Assembly: GCF_009914755.1 (NCBI RefSeq)
Contig: NC_060927.1
Source: the human T2T-CHM13v2.0 reference genome, Homo sapiens
DNA: 64,000 nucleotides
Reading direction: 5' to 3' (one strand)
Made by a program: the position numbers and the translations under genes. Each line of letters starts with the position of its first letter. Within the stretch, counting starts at the first letter, position 1. Below the pieces are notes generated by a model, which saw only the letters and a program-made list of their open reading frames with translations, made no database searches and had not been told where the DNA came from. Shown one piece after another: positions 10,394 through 22,780 of the stretch.

Positions 10394-12795
10394 CAGGACA
10401 CTTTTGGTTTCTGAGGCCCATGTGACTTATTATTGGGCCTGGGCCAACAAGGTAACACACACTTGGCTCAGAGCAAAGATTGATGTATATCATTCATTGG
10501 CTTTCATGGAAAGAGGCTCTTCCAGCAGAACAGATGGCATGCCACACGGTTCAACTTTCTGTGCCTCTTTTTGATAGATTTTTTTTAGATGGTCTGGTTC
10601 TTTGTGTATGTGTGTTTATTTCTTTAATGTGCAAGGGCATCATTTAACTATCCGTGCAGTTCTTGTGAAGGCCTGCTTGTGTACCAACAACAGCAAAAGC
10701 TTACTTAGATTCAGCTCTGGTCATCCAAGATTTATTTTTTTTCTAATGGCAGACAAGTAATGTTATTTTTCTAAATAACTTGAACTTCTCATCTAAAGCT
10801 GCTTATTTATTGTGCTTCATATACTAATCTATTATATATTAGGCATATTTGCATTTTCTTAGTAACACATCCATTTATTTACTGGAAATGTAAAAATTTT
10901 CTCTTTGGTAGAAAAGATATAATCCCATTGTCTTTCAAAATCCATTACATCTTTTCAAGAATTACCATGGTTTCCATATCAACTCAGTATATGACAGTTT
11001 CCCAGGAGATTAATCAAATTAGCTCACTTTATAAAAATAATGCAATAAAATAAGTATTTCTTAAGTTCATATGATTTGATTGATAGAGATATATTACAAA
11101 TGTAGGCATGTAGTAATTTAAGGCTTTTACTTAAAAGAAGGACAACTTCCTGGTCGTTATCTTGCAAAGTAAATCAAAAGTATAAATATTTTACTTCTGA
11201 GACCTCTTTACTGCATCTTTCTATAGTAACTAACAGATTGTGTAAGATAAATGCCATGTCATATTTAATAATCGTTTCTAAATAGATGTTATCTTTTATT
11301 TTTGTATAATACGGTTCTTAATTCAGATAAATGTAACGGTAGTAGCCAGATAATTTAATCTTCAGGCTATAAAACTATAATTCATTAATAAACTTTGAAT
11401 TTTAATTTGTGACACTAAAAGTTTTTTAGATTTATTATTATATCTAATTATATTAGTATAAAATTTATAGTGGTAGAGAAAAATAAATGAACATTTTGAA
11501 GTTTAATTATGGCACTTTTTATTATAACTTCAATTTTCTTAAGTACAATAATCATCAGGTTACAAAAAGTTTTGAAAGTGTTCTACGTTTATAGCACAGA
11601 TTCTAATATATAATGTGGCTTACGTTCTTGAAATAGTAGTTTTGAAGGTTTAGCATTCTGTCTAATAAATTATTTACTTGAACACAAAAAAAGACAGACT
11701 TTCTCATTATCAAATATACATCTAAATCAGAATTTTTTAAATAAAAAACTCAGTTAGCATGATATTATTATTGCTACAGGGTAATATTTTTTGTCACTGT
11801 CTTATAGATACCAGCTTGTCCTTCTTACCTTTTCTCTGCTATCCATCTTCTTGACTAACTTGAAGTTACTATATACACCCTATTTAAAGCTAGAAAAACG
11901 ATTCTTAATTATCATCATTAGAAAACCAGATTTTAAAGGGAATGGCAACAATCTACCATCTGCAAATATACTCTAACTGTCAAAATAAATCTGTGGATGA
12001 CACTACTATACAGTATTTCAATGATCGCAGAAAATAAGTTTTGGTCAAGGGAGATCTGTTTATTCAGACTCAGAACTTTAAATTAGTTTAGAATGGATAC
12101 AATCACTCTATATAAAATATTAAAGACAACAAAATTCAACGTGAGGGAAAGTTTTATTTTAAGAGATATTAATAGGATGCAGATTAATTGACTGCAATGT
12201 GTGAATTAAAAGTATAAGACAAGAATAATAGAATTGATTATAGAATACCCAGTAGAGCAGTAAAATACATCATGTTGCTATGAAGATAAAGAGAAAACAA
12301 GCAAAGTCTGCAGAGATGGGAATAGACAAACATGTAACACTGACTTCTTGGAGCAATTAAGGATGTGGAGAGTTCCACTGAAAACAACTATACTCATTCC
12401 ATGCTTGTCATGGTACTCTTGGCTCTGTGTTTCCTGGCAACACAGTCTTTTGAGAACCCTGTTGGGGACAAAACTGGTATTAAGCAATCTTCCGTGACTA
12501 ACAGCCTGGCTCTGTTTCTGGTAGATGGGCTAAAAAACACAATTAAACACATACACTTGCCTACATGCTAGAAATGGGAAGATGTCATTATTTTTCTTGC
12601 TGTTGATATTTGTTACATATACAAAGTAAACACTTCTGAAAGATTAAAAAAACACATTTTGTGAGTGCATATGTGTGGAAGAAAAGTAATTATCACATGA
12701 AATGTATACATTATAAATGTGAATGTTTCTGATAAGTGGCCAGGGTACTTAGGTTGAACATAAAATATTATTTTGTACTTTAATACTATAGTAAC

Positions 12796-13035
12796 TGCTA
12801 TGATTTAATGTTTGTCCCCAAAATTTCATATGTTGAAATCTGAACATCCAAGTGATAGATGCAATGAGAACACACCATCTATGAACCAAGAAAGAGGTTT
12901 TCAACAGACATTGAATCTGTCTGTACCTTGATCCTGGACTTCACAGCCCCCAGAACTGTTAAAAATAAATTTCTGTTGTTTCAAAGCTGTCCGGTATATG
13001 GTATCTTGTTATATGAGCCAGAACAGACTAAAAGC
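12796..13035 (+). mobile_element. MLT1A-type MaLR LTR, internally deleted
   Basis: tgctatg...ccccaaaatttcatatgttgaaatc; accttgatcctggacttcacagcccccagaactg...aataaatttctgttgttt...acagactaa. Confidence 0.85.
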
Positions 13036-13725
13036 AACTAAATACACACATTAGTGCCACAACGGCAGCACATTAAAAGACAAGTATTTGTTTTCAAAAA
13101 GCTTTAATATAATATTCAATAAATATGCGCCTAATTAATACATCAGCAATACATATTTTCTTCACTAAGATTTGCACAAAGCATTAACATCAATTAAATT
13201 TTTGCATGTAAATATTCAATAAAATTAAAATCATGAAAAATGGTATCCATGGATGATGGTCTGAAATCTGTACAGTCCATCTTTACTGAATTTTATAATT
13301 TAATATATCCAGAAATGAAGATTTCTCATATTTAAGTCAAATGTGTTTTTGCAAAATCAAATATATTAACTATGACTTTTGCATCATTCCTTGAATTTGT
13401 ACTCAGTGTTATTACAGCATTCAGGCATAAGAAATCACCATTACATTTGTAGTAAGAATAATTTGGAGAAAATTACATGTAGGTGCAGGATGAAATATTT
13501 ATAAGGACCAGGAATAGACACCTTCATCACTCTTTAATACCAGAAAAGGCATGTTTATTCCAATCAAATGGATAGATATTGTGAATCTTATGGTCAACCA
13601 TATAACATTCCATAATGTTATCTTCATTCTGGCCAGCAAGAAGCTCAAGGACAAATGTGTGCATTATTTCAATGATACAATACTTAAGGTATGCATGTTT
13701 AACAAACTAATCACATGGCTTACAC

Positions 13726-14049
13726 TTTTTTTTTTTTTTTTTTTTTTTTGCCAGTCTCGCTCTGTTGCCCAGGCTGGAGTGTAGTGGCGCAATCTCGGGT
13801 CACTGCAACCTCGGCTCACTGCAACCTCTGCCTCCTGGGTTCGGGTTCAAGCAATTCTCCTGCCTCAGCCTACTGAGTAGCTGGGGACTACAGGCGCGGG
13901 CCACCATGCCCAGCTAATTTTTGTATTTTTAGTATAGACAGGGTTTCGCATGTTGGCCAGCCTGGTCTGGAACTCCTGACCTCAGGTGATTCGCCAGCCT
14001 CAGCCTCCCAAAGTGCTGGGATTACAGGCGTGAGCTGCCGCGCCTGGCC
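13726..14049 (-). mobile_element. AluSx-like, full length
   Basis: T24 tail, both monomers, ctcaggtgat diagnostic, ends gcgcctggcc; internal 16-bp and 6-bp duplications. Confidence 0.97.
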
Positions 14050-14945
14050 CACATTGACTTTCTGAATATATTTCTGTAGGTGTGTCTCTGGTAGATACCT
14101 CAGAATCTTTACCAGAATGACACATAATATAAATAATAAATAAATACATATATAAATATAAACCTTATATAATATTTTAGACATAGTAAGATTTCAATAA
14201 ATATTTAATTGAGTTAAATAAATGAGCAGGTTTCTAAAATTATCTATGGTGTCTTAAAGGGTAAATGTTACTCACTGAAGACTTTGATGACAAAAAAGAC
14301 CTTTGGACTAAGACATATGGGAAAAAAGTACACTCAAGAGATTTTTTTCCTTACCCTACCATGCAATATTATTTATATAAAAATCACTTTATATTTTTTA
14401 AAACCTCAGTTACTCAAGAATAAAATAATCTATAGATAACATGTATATGATACATATTTAGGGGAAAGATAAATGTAGTTTACAGAATAGCTAGGAATCC
14501 AAATTTGTCTCACTCATTGTTATGATTCTCAGAGAATATTTCATTTTCCCATTTACATCATATTGTTGTAATTAGATAACTTTGCATAAGCAAATAATCT
14601 AGTATAGTAAAAAGAAAGAAGCATTTGCTGCATTTCTGCTGTTTTAAATTCTTTCTGTATGTTTGTATCAGTTTATTATCCCAATAATAGGGATTAATTC
14701 ATCATCTAAAAACTCTAGGGGTTAAAAAAAAAAAGAGGAATAGATTGCTCCCATTCATGCATGTGTAGTCTGTACAGTTGGCACGTTCTGGCTGGGTTTG
14801 TCTGAGGTCAGTCTAACCTGCAGCTTGAGTCCGGGTCTCCACATATCTGTCATGTTTCTTGGACAAACAGGCTGGTAAGGGCAGCTCTCGGTCCTTCCCA
14901 AGTGATGAAACAAGCTCAAGATGATAAGCCCAATCATGCATGTAG

Positions 14946-15320
<375 letters not shown>

Positions 15321-16984
15321 GTATACGTATTTTAATATTAACATTGTATGGTTGGCTGAGTGAGAAGAAAAATTTCTTGAGTACAGTTCGTTTTGAATGT
15401 TCTTGAGTTCATCTTATTCCAAAGTCTGTATTTATGTCAAAGTCCACCGATTACACACCTGCCAAATAAAGTTATATGACTATCACTAAAGTCAAAGATA
15501 GGGAAGTGCCCTCTTCTAATGAGAGAAATCATAAACTCTGGCAAAGAGCATATAGATAAATGAGAGACAAAGACTTGGGGTCAATAATTTTATTTTCCAG
15601 TGCCTTCTCCATTTGTCACATTTAGTCACATCTCTCTTTTTTCCCACACACAAAATACCTTCACCCGTTTCTCAAGTACCCTCAGAGTTGTCATTCAATA
15701 ATAATATTGATGTCCACAATACCAGAACTATTTAAAGTCCAGAATCCTATGACCAACACCCAAGTGTGCCTTCAAGTCCAAATTCTTGTAACACTGAAAA
15801 CCACATGTCACACTAGATGTTAAATGTCTACGCATTTTTCTTTCAACCCCAAAAGCAGGCAGGCAAAATATTTTGTTTGACTTTCAATGTTCAGAGTCAA
15901 GCAGAATAAAATCTTCAGAAGCACTGTTGTATGATACATGATTTAGAGTATGTACCCACCAAAGTGTATTGAATGATGCATTAAAGACATGTCAATACAC
16001 ATTTGTTGGTTCTCAGACAAGTTATTGAGCACATTGAAATGTAGTCTGAAGATAAAATTAATTCTGTTACAGTTAATATAACTCTAAGAGTTTTATACGC
16101 AATGCGGGAGACAGGATGAAAGATGTGTCAGTCATCAAACTGGGGATTTTTCTATTGGATATTTTTATACTTTTTCTCCAGAAAAAAGAAAAGACAAATG
16201 GAAATCTAGAAGAATTAAGAAGACTTAAGTGTGAAATATTTATTACATTTGAGAGAGCTTTGTCCTAAGTAGCATGACCTATCTCAGGAGAATGAGTCCG
16301 ATTGAACAAACTTGGCTTGCTAAGTAAGGTAATGATTGGGTATGAGTAATTAGACTTTCTGACATGGCATAAGGAGAAAATAATTGTTTTAAGTAACATT
16401 TTAAAGGAATGTATGTCAGCAAAAATCCTGTCTAGAATTGGGGGTGCATTCCTCAGAGAGAGGGCAAGGGTTACCACAGGGGGCCTATGATCTGTTTGGG
16501 CCTATACTAATGCAGCTATTGTGTTCCCCCATCTGTACTCTTAGGAAAACATTCTGAGAATGTTCCCAAGTTCTCTGAATTTCCTCAGGCTAGTCTTAGC
16601 GGCTCCTCAGTGGAGGTTGATTTTTGCCCAAAATCGTCGTTCCCATTGCAACTTGATATGGGGCACATATTCCATAAAATTCATCCTAGCATTCTCATTA
16701 TGTATCTCCACAAAGCTCCCTGTCCTTATTTATAACAGAAATACTTCTCCAAGGAGCAAAACATGATTGTGGAAAATTATCTTTATTACTCTTCCACCAC
16801 CCTTTTATCTTCTTTTGCCTGAGAAGCTGTTTGCGCAGACCTATGAATCTCTTCTTTGTGACCTCTGCTTGCATCTCACTTTCCCTTTTACAGAATAGGA
16901 AACTCTCCTGTCATCATCACTTTCTGCTCCTCTGCATTCATTTGCTTTTCTTCAGCGCAGCTCTCCCACTTGGCAGAAGGCCTA

Positions 16985-17100
16985 TTTCCTGTTTATGGTA
17001 TATGCCCCCAGTTAGGCATACGCTTCATAAGAACAAAGTGTTTGTCTGTTTGATTCATGGCTGTTCCTCAGTGTCAGCCCTTTTTGAACAAATGAATGAA
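16985..17100 (+). mobile_element. L2 3' end fragment
   Basis: cttcataagaacaaagtgtttgtctgtttgattcatggctgttcctcagtgtc...ttgaacaaatgaatgaa. Confidence 0.65.
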
Positions 17101-18549
17101 CTTCCTCCTTTCCTCTGTACAGAGGCTATATCTGAAATCTATGCTTAAAGATTCCCTGTATTAAGCCTGAGGTATTATTTTTTCAGGGATTACTTACACA
17201 GCACCATGGACATTTTATTAGAATTCCAAATAATTATCAATAACAATAATGTTTTAATACTTAACGAAGACGCTTAAATGATGGGATTTCAAGACAAAGA
17301 GAAAAATACATTTCAAATATGTTGGTACTAAGTAAAATTCTCCCTTTTTTGCCTAACTAAATAGTGATAACTTAGGTAACTATGTGAAAAGAAGACATTA
17401 TTAATTGGCTTGACTGGTGTAACCTACTAACGTATCTGGTAAAGATATAGTTACTTATCCTTCTTTAGAGTAAATTACTAGCAGTGCAAAAGAAGAAGGT
17501 GAGCTCTCTATGTCAACACCTTATAGCATGCCTTTGAAATTATTGTGTGGCTATTCATTTTTGACATCATCATAAAAGTTAAGATTGATTAGTTAGCATA
17601 GATAAAGAATATTTCTACATAATCGGTTTAAAATTAGAAGCCAATTAATCCTCTCAACATAATGAGACATCTGAGAATATATTAAATTATCTTATTAGCT
17701 GATTTCTTATTTATTATGAAATATATATGCAAAATTAAATGTTGAGAATCAATGTACAGTGATAAATCAAGAGAAATGTGTATGTTTGAGTTTACTTGCA
17801 TTTAAGCTTTTGTAATTCATTTTATTTGGAATATATACATATAGATAGACATAGACATATATAGTTAACTAGGTAAAATAAGTTTCATCAAATCTCTGAC
17901 CATTTATACAGGTTGCTCTAATTTTATACACTAACAAAACATGCCAGAAAATTCTACAGACCTTCATAATTCAATTTTCCAGTTATAATAAACTCATACT
18001 CTTTTAGGTGAAAAATCAATAATAATCTCATTTATATGTACATATTATAGTAGACAATGCAAAGGCCCACCAAAAATATTCATAACCAAAGTACTGATAT
18101 AATATACTAACATATTAACACATTATAATTACTATCATTTTAAGTCACTATGTTTGTGGTCATTATAGTATCAAGGGGATATTCCCATATATAAATATCT
18201 ATATATATACACACACATTCAAACACATAATGTCAATAAATATACCTTACTGTCTCTTGGAAAATATATAGTTAGATAAAGGAAATAGGGATTGCCAATG
18301 GGAAGGAATTGCTATTTTTTAAAAGAGTAACAATAAAAAGAAAGGTGGTTTTAAAAAGTTCTTTGGCAAGGTGAGATTTGAGTATCATCTTGACTGAAAG
18401 TAAAGGGTAAGGCTTGAGTGGATCTGGGACAAGGACATTTCAGGCAGATGGATTTGAGATGAGGGAGAAACAGCCAGAAGCAAGAGAGCCTGGAACAGAG
18501 TAAGCAAAACACAGCGTGGTAGGAAAGAAAATCTGAGAGGTTCTCACAT

Positions 18550-18855
18550 TGTCTGTAGTAAAACAGAGGGTAAGTTTTTATTATACATTTTGTCTTAAGC
18601 AGAAACTTGTAAAATACAATTAAAATGGCTTACTACAAACACAAATTTAAAACAAACACAGACTTACAAAATGGAAACAACATTTAAATATGAGTCCAAT
18701 TACAAAATTAAATTTTTATGAATACAAACAGAACAAATATATGATAGAAGAAAATATCTACAGCAACCATATTTTGTTTATGAAAATGGCATGGACAGGA
18801 AAGAACAGTTTCTGGACCAGCCTTGGTCCAGGAATCCCATTCTGAATCGCTCTGA
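18550..18855. mobile_element. Probable hAT-Charlie non-autonomous DNA transposon
   Basis: Terminal motif ggaccagccttggtccaggaatcccattctgaatcgctctg resembles Charlie/MER5-group ends; it interrupts the L2. Confidence 0.4.
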
Positions 18856-19324
18856 TATCTATGGACCATTTAAAGGACTTTTCTTTTTTTTCTTTCTTTT
18901 TTTGTTTTTTTTGTCTGAATGAGACTGGAAGCCACTGTAAGACTTCCAGTGATGTTTTTAAGTTTACATTTTATGAGTAATATTCTACTTTGTAGAGAAT
19001 AAATCACAGCGGGCAGATATGCAAGCAGTCAAACCAGCAAGGAAGTTATCAAAATAATCCAAAGAAAAAATGATGGAAGCATTAACTCAGGTAGTGGTCA
19101 GAGAGGTAAGAAATGTTGAAATTCTGAACAAACATTGAAGATAAAGTCAACGGAATTTACAGATGACCGTTTTTTAAGATAGAAAATATGGAGTAAAATT
19201 AAAGATGAATAAAGGTTTTGAAATCTGAGTATGCTGAAATATGTAGCTACCATTTCCTTAGAAAAATTGGGGGTAGAGTAGATTGAGGGGTGAAGGGTCA
19301 GGAGTTTAATTTCAATGTGTAAAA

Positions 19325-19898
19325 TATTATTACATTTTTATTGCTGTGTAAAAAACTGCTGACAACTTAGAACACCAACCATTCATTACCTCACAGTTTG
19401 GGTAAATCAGAAGTCTGGGCTTGACTTAGCAGGAATCTCTGCTCAGGGTCTCAAAGGGCAGAAATCAAGGAGTCACCCACACTGAGGTCTCATATGGAGC
19501 TCAGTGTCTTTTTAAAAGTTTACCCAGGTTGTTGGCAGGATTCTGTTCCTTGAAGTTGGAGAAATGAGTTCATGCTTTCTTGCTTGCTGTTAATCAGAGA
19601 TTGTTCGCAGCTCCTGTAGGCCACATGCTGTTGTTCCACGCAGGTGTTCCTCTCTAGAAGTTCAAGGCCAGCAGGAGACTCCCCCTAGTCAGCTACCAAG
19701 GAATCTTCTATAAAGTAACATAATCATGAAGTGACTATCCTAGCACCTTGATAACATAACATAACATAACCTAATCAAGAGAGAAGTCATTCTATTATGC
19801 TCACAGGTACCTACACAGTCATAGGGAGAGAATTATTTATGGTGTATACACTGGGGACTGGAAATCTTGGGGATCATCTTAGAATTTCTTACAACACA
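19325..19898 (-). mobile_element. MLT1E-type MaLR LTR
   Basis: attgctgtgtaa...cctcacagttt...cagaagtctgggc...tctgctcagggtctca...gttgttggcaggattc...atcttggggatcatcttagaatt...acaaca. Confidence 0.85.
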
Positions 19899-20248
19899 CT
19901 TATTTTGTATCTGAGTGGAGACATCAAGTAAACTGTTAAATACAGAAGCCTGGGATTTAGAGAAGGGTCTGTGTTGGAGGTTCACATTTGAGCATTTGTT
20001 GGTTATTCGATATTTATGTCCTCTTCCCCCCATATACATTCTCATTTTTATTGTCATAATCTATATCACGGAAGACAACATTTATAGAAAACATGTTCTG
20101 GGTTTCTTTACCCTCTGATTCCAAGCTTTCTTCAACCAATGGAAAGTAACAATTTTCCAAATGTCAGAGAGCTTGAACATGACTCTCAAGTTGACTTCCA
20201 AGCCTTCATTGCCAATGCTCCTTTTGGGTTTCTCCTCTTCTGTAGTTA

Positions 20249-21649
20249 TGAAACCACCTTTGCAAAAAGTATAACAGTGAGAAAATAATAATACTGAGAG
20301 ATTTAACCTAAGAACCTCCATCTTGCCTTTAATCTTCAACCTTCCCTTGGGCCTTCCTAGGCATAGGCTGAACTAACTTTGGGAGGAATTTAGTTTATAG
20401 TTTAACTTTAAAACAAAGATCATAAGTGCCCCTCCCAGAAGTAAATCCCCTCCTTGCTTGGGATTTGTAAAACTCCCCCTCTTTTTTAAAACTAACAGAT
20501 TAACCATAAGAATAGAAATTATGGCTCAGCAGTCATTCAACCAGAGGCTACAAGATTCCTAACTTCACTGTTTGCTCCTATGAATAACATTACCATTGTA
20601 AGAAATAAGATTGGTGTTTCAGGTCTTTTTCAGACCCTGCATGCAAAAAACTACATGGCACCACCCAGACCAGTAAACTGGCTCACCTGGTCTTGTTGTC
20701 CCCATGCGGGATTTGACTGAGCACAAGAGAACAGCTTCAACTCCCAATAAATGCATCCCCAACCCAACAAATCAGCATTATCCATTTCCTAGCCCCTGCC
20801 TGCCAAATTACATTTTCAAAACCCTAAATTAGTTCAACCATTCTGGAAGACAGTGTGGCAATTCCTCAAAGACCTCAAGACAGAAATACCGTTTGACCCA
20901 GCAATCCCATTACTGGGTATATACCCAAAGCAATATAAATCATTCTATTATAAAGACATATGCATGTGTATGTTCATTGATGCACTTTTCACAGTAGCAA
21001 AGACATGGAATCAACCTAAATGTCTATCAGTGATAGACTGGATAAAGAAAATGTGGTACATGTATACCATGGAATACTATGCAGCCATAAAAAGGAATGA
21101 GATCATGTCCTTTGCAGGGACATGGATGGGGCTGGAGGCCATCTTCCTTAGCAACCTAATGCAGGAAGAGAAAAACAAATACCACGTGTTCTTATTTATA
21201 AGTGGGAGCTAAATGATGAGAACACATGGACATGTAGAGGGGAATAACCCAGACTGGGTCCTATTGGAGGGTGGAGGGTGGAAGGAGTGTGAGAATCAGG
21301 AAAAATAATGAAAGGGTACTAGGCGTAATATCTGGATGATGAAATAATCTGTACAAGAAATCCCATGACACAAGTTTACCTATGTAACAAATCTGCACAT
21401 GTACCCCTGTCAGTGTTACCCCTTCTTGTGTAACAAACCTGCACACGAACTTAAAAGTTAAAAAACAACAACAACAACAAAACGCCCTAGTCTTCAAATT
21501 TTCAGCGAGGCAGATTTGAGTAAAAATTAAACTCTGATCTCCCATTTAGCCAGCTCTGCATGTATTAAATTCTTTCTCTATTGCAATTCCCTTGTCTTGA
21601 TAAATTAGTGCTATCTGAGCAGTGGGCAAGAACCCATTGGGCGGTTACA
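20249..21649 (+). mobile_element. LTR8 family (LTR8B-like) ERV1 solo LTR, split by an L1
   Basis: Starts tgaaaccacctttgcaaaa, contains ggctgaactaactttgggagg, ends gggcggttaca; 4-bp TSD gtta (20245-20248 / 21650-21653). Confidence 0.9.
20827..21481 (+). mobile_element. 5'-truncated L1PA13-15-like element inside LTR8
   Basis: ORF2 C-terminus ([16 protein letters not shown]), 3'UTR, A/CAA tail; TSD aaaacccta / aaaac(gc)ccta. Confidence 0.92.
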
Positions 21650-22589
21650 GTTAAAACTCTTCCAAGGATTTGATAACACCATTGCTTCCCATTCCCCCTT
21701 CAGCCTAGGGTTAGCAACAGCTCTCCACCTCACTGGTGCTAGTTCCTGCCTGCTTCCCCATTCCCTTATCAGTTGATAAATTATCTTCACCACTTGATAA
21801 ATAGTTCTTTTGCTAAACTTTCTCTTGCTATCCTATGGAGTCTACCATCTTCCCTGCTGATACTCTCAGTGGCACAGATATCACCAAACAAAGGAAAAAG
21901 AAAATAACTGACTGAAATCATTTAACTCGCCAAATTAAATGGAAGAAAGAACATAGTCCTTAGGTGAGCATGTCGTATATAAGGCTGGTATGGTAAAGTT
22001 GAAATTAGAGTTTATTACTAGATAGAGAAATTTTCTAAAAAGACTTAACATAGTTCAATGTAAAGATTGTATTATATCTGTGATGTGAAATAAAAACACT
22101 GTAAACCCAATTGAAGGACAGAGAAGTCCCTCTATGAAAAGCTTAAAAATCTTTAGTGCAGGCATTGAGTTAAAGTGTGTTAGATGAGAAAAACACATGA
22201 GAGGAGACCCCAAAGGCACAAGAACACATATTCAAGGAGAATGGCAAAAGAGGAAGCGACAGTAGCAGTATATAAAATGCATATTTTCATGACCAGTCCT
22301 CAGATTGGCAATCATGTAAAAATGCATTGAGATTTAGAGGCTGCTCTCAACAAACCCTAAATCATTTGAATAAAATCCCTTCATGTTTCTGTCTTAGTAT
22401 CAATATGGCAATGTCTAGACCAACATAGTAATTCACAACCAATAAATTGACTTTTAATTTCAACCAAGAAAAATATTTCCCAGCTTCTGCAGGAATATTC
22501 CCAGCCACTTGAGAGAAGAAAGGTTTAATAACGTGATTGTATAAGGAAAATGGTGTAACTAGCTCAGTTCAACATGGTGGTTGTAACAC

Positions 22590-22780
22590 AGTGGTATTGC
22601 TGTGAATTCCAAGATCCCCATGTAATCTCTGTGCAGATATATTGCTTAATATCTATGAACCTCTATTTTTTGATATGCAAAATAAAAAATAATAATACTC
22701 AACTCAATATTCCGTTGTGAAGATTATATAAGCTCATGTATGTCAAGTGTCAGGCACATATCAGACATTCAACAATATTT
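22590..22780 (+). mobile_element. MIR SINE
   Basis: gcttaatatctatgaacctctattttttgatatgcaaaat...gttgtgaagatta...caggcacatatcagacattcaa. Confidence 0.7.

Larger units (their letters stand above)
18340..20000 (-). mobile_element. Fragmented L2 (pieces ~18340-18540, 18860-19320, 19900-20000), host to later insertions
   Basis: ggtgagatttgagt, gactggaagccactg, aataatccaaagaaaaaatgatgg and gtggagacatcaagtaaactgttaaata motifs occur in L2 order. Confidence 0.7.

Noticed and set aside
19715-19800. Repeated taacataatca/taacctaatca and (ATAAC)n
   Set aside because: As I recall it, this is an intrinsic feature of MLT1E-type LTRs.
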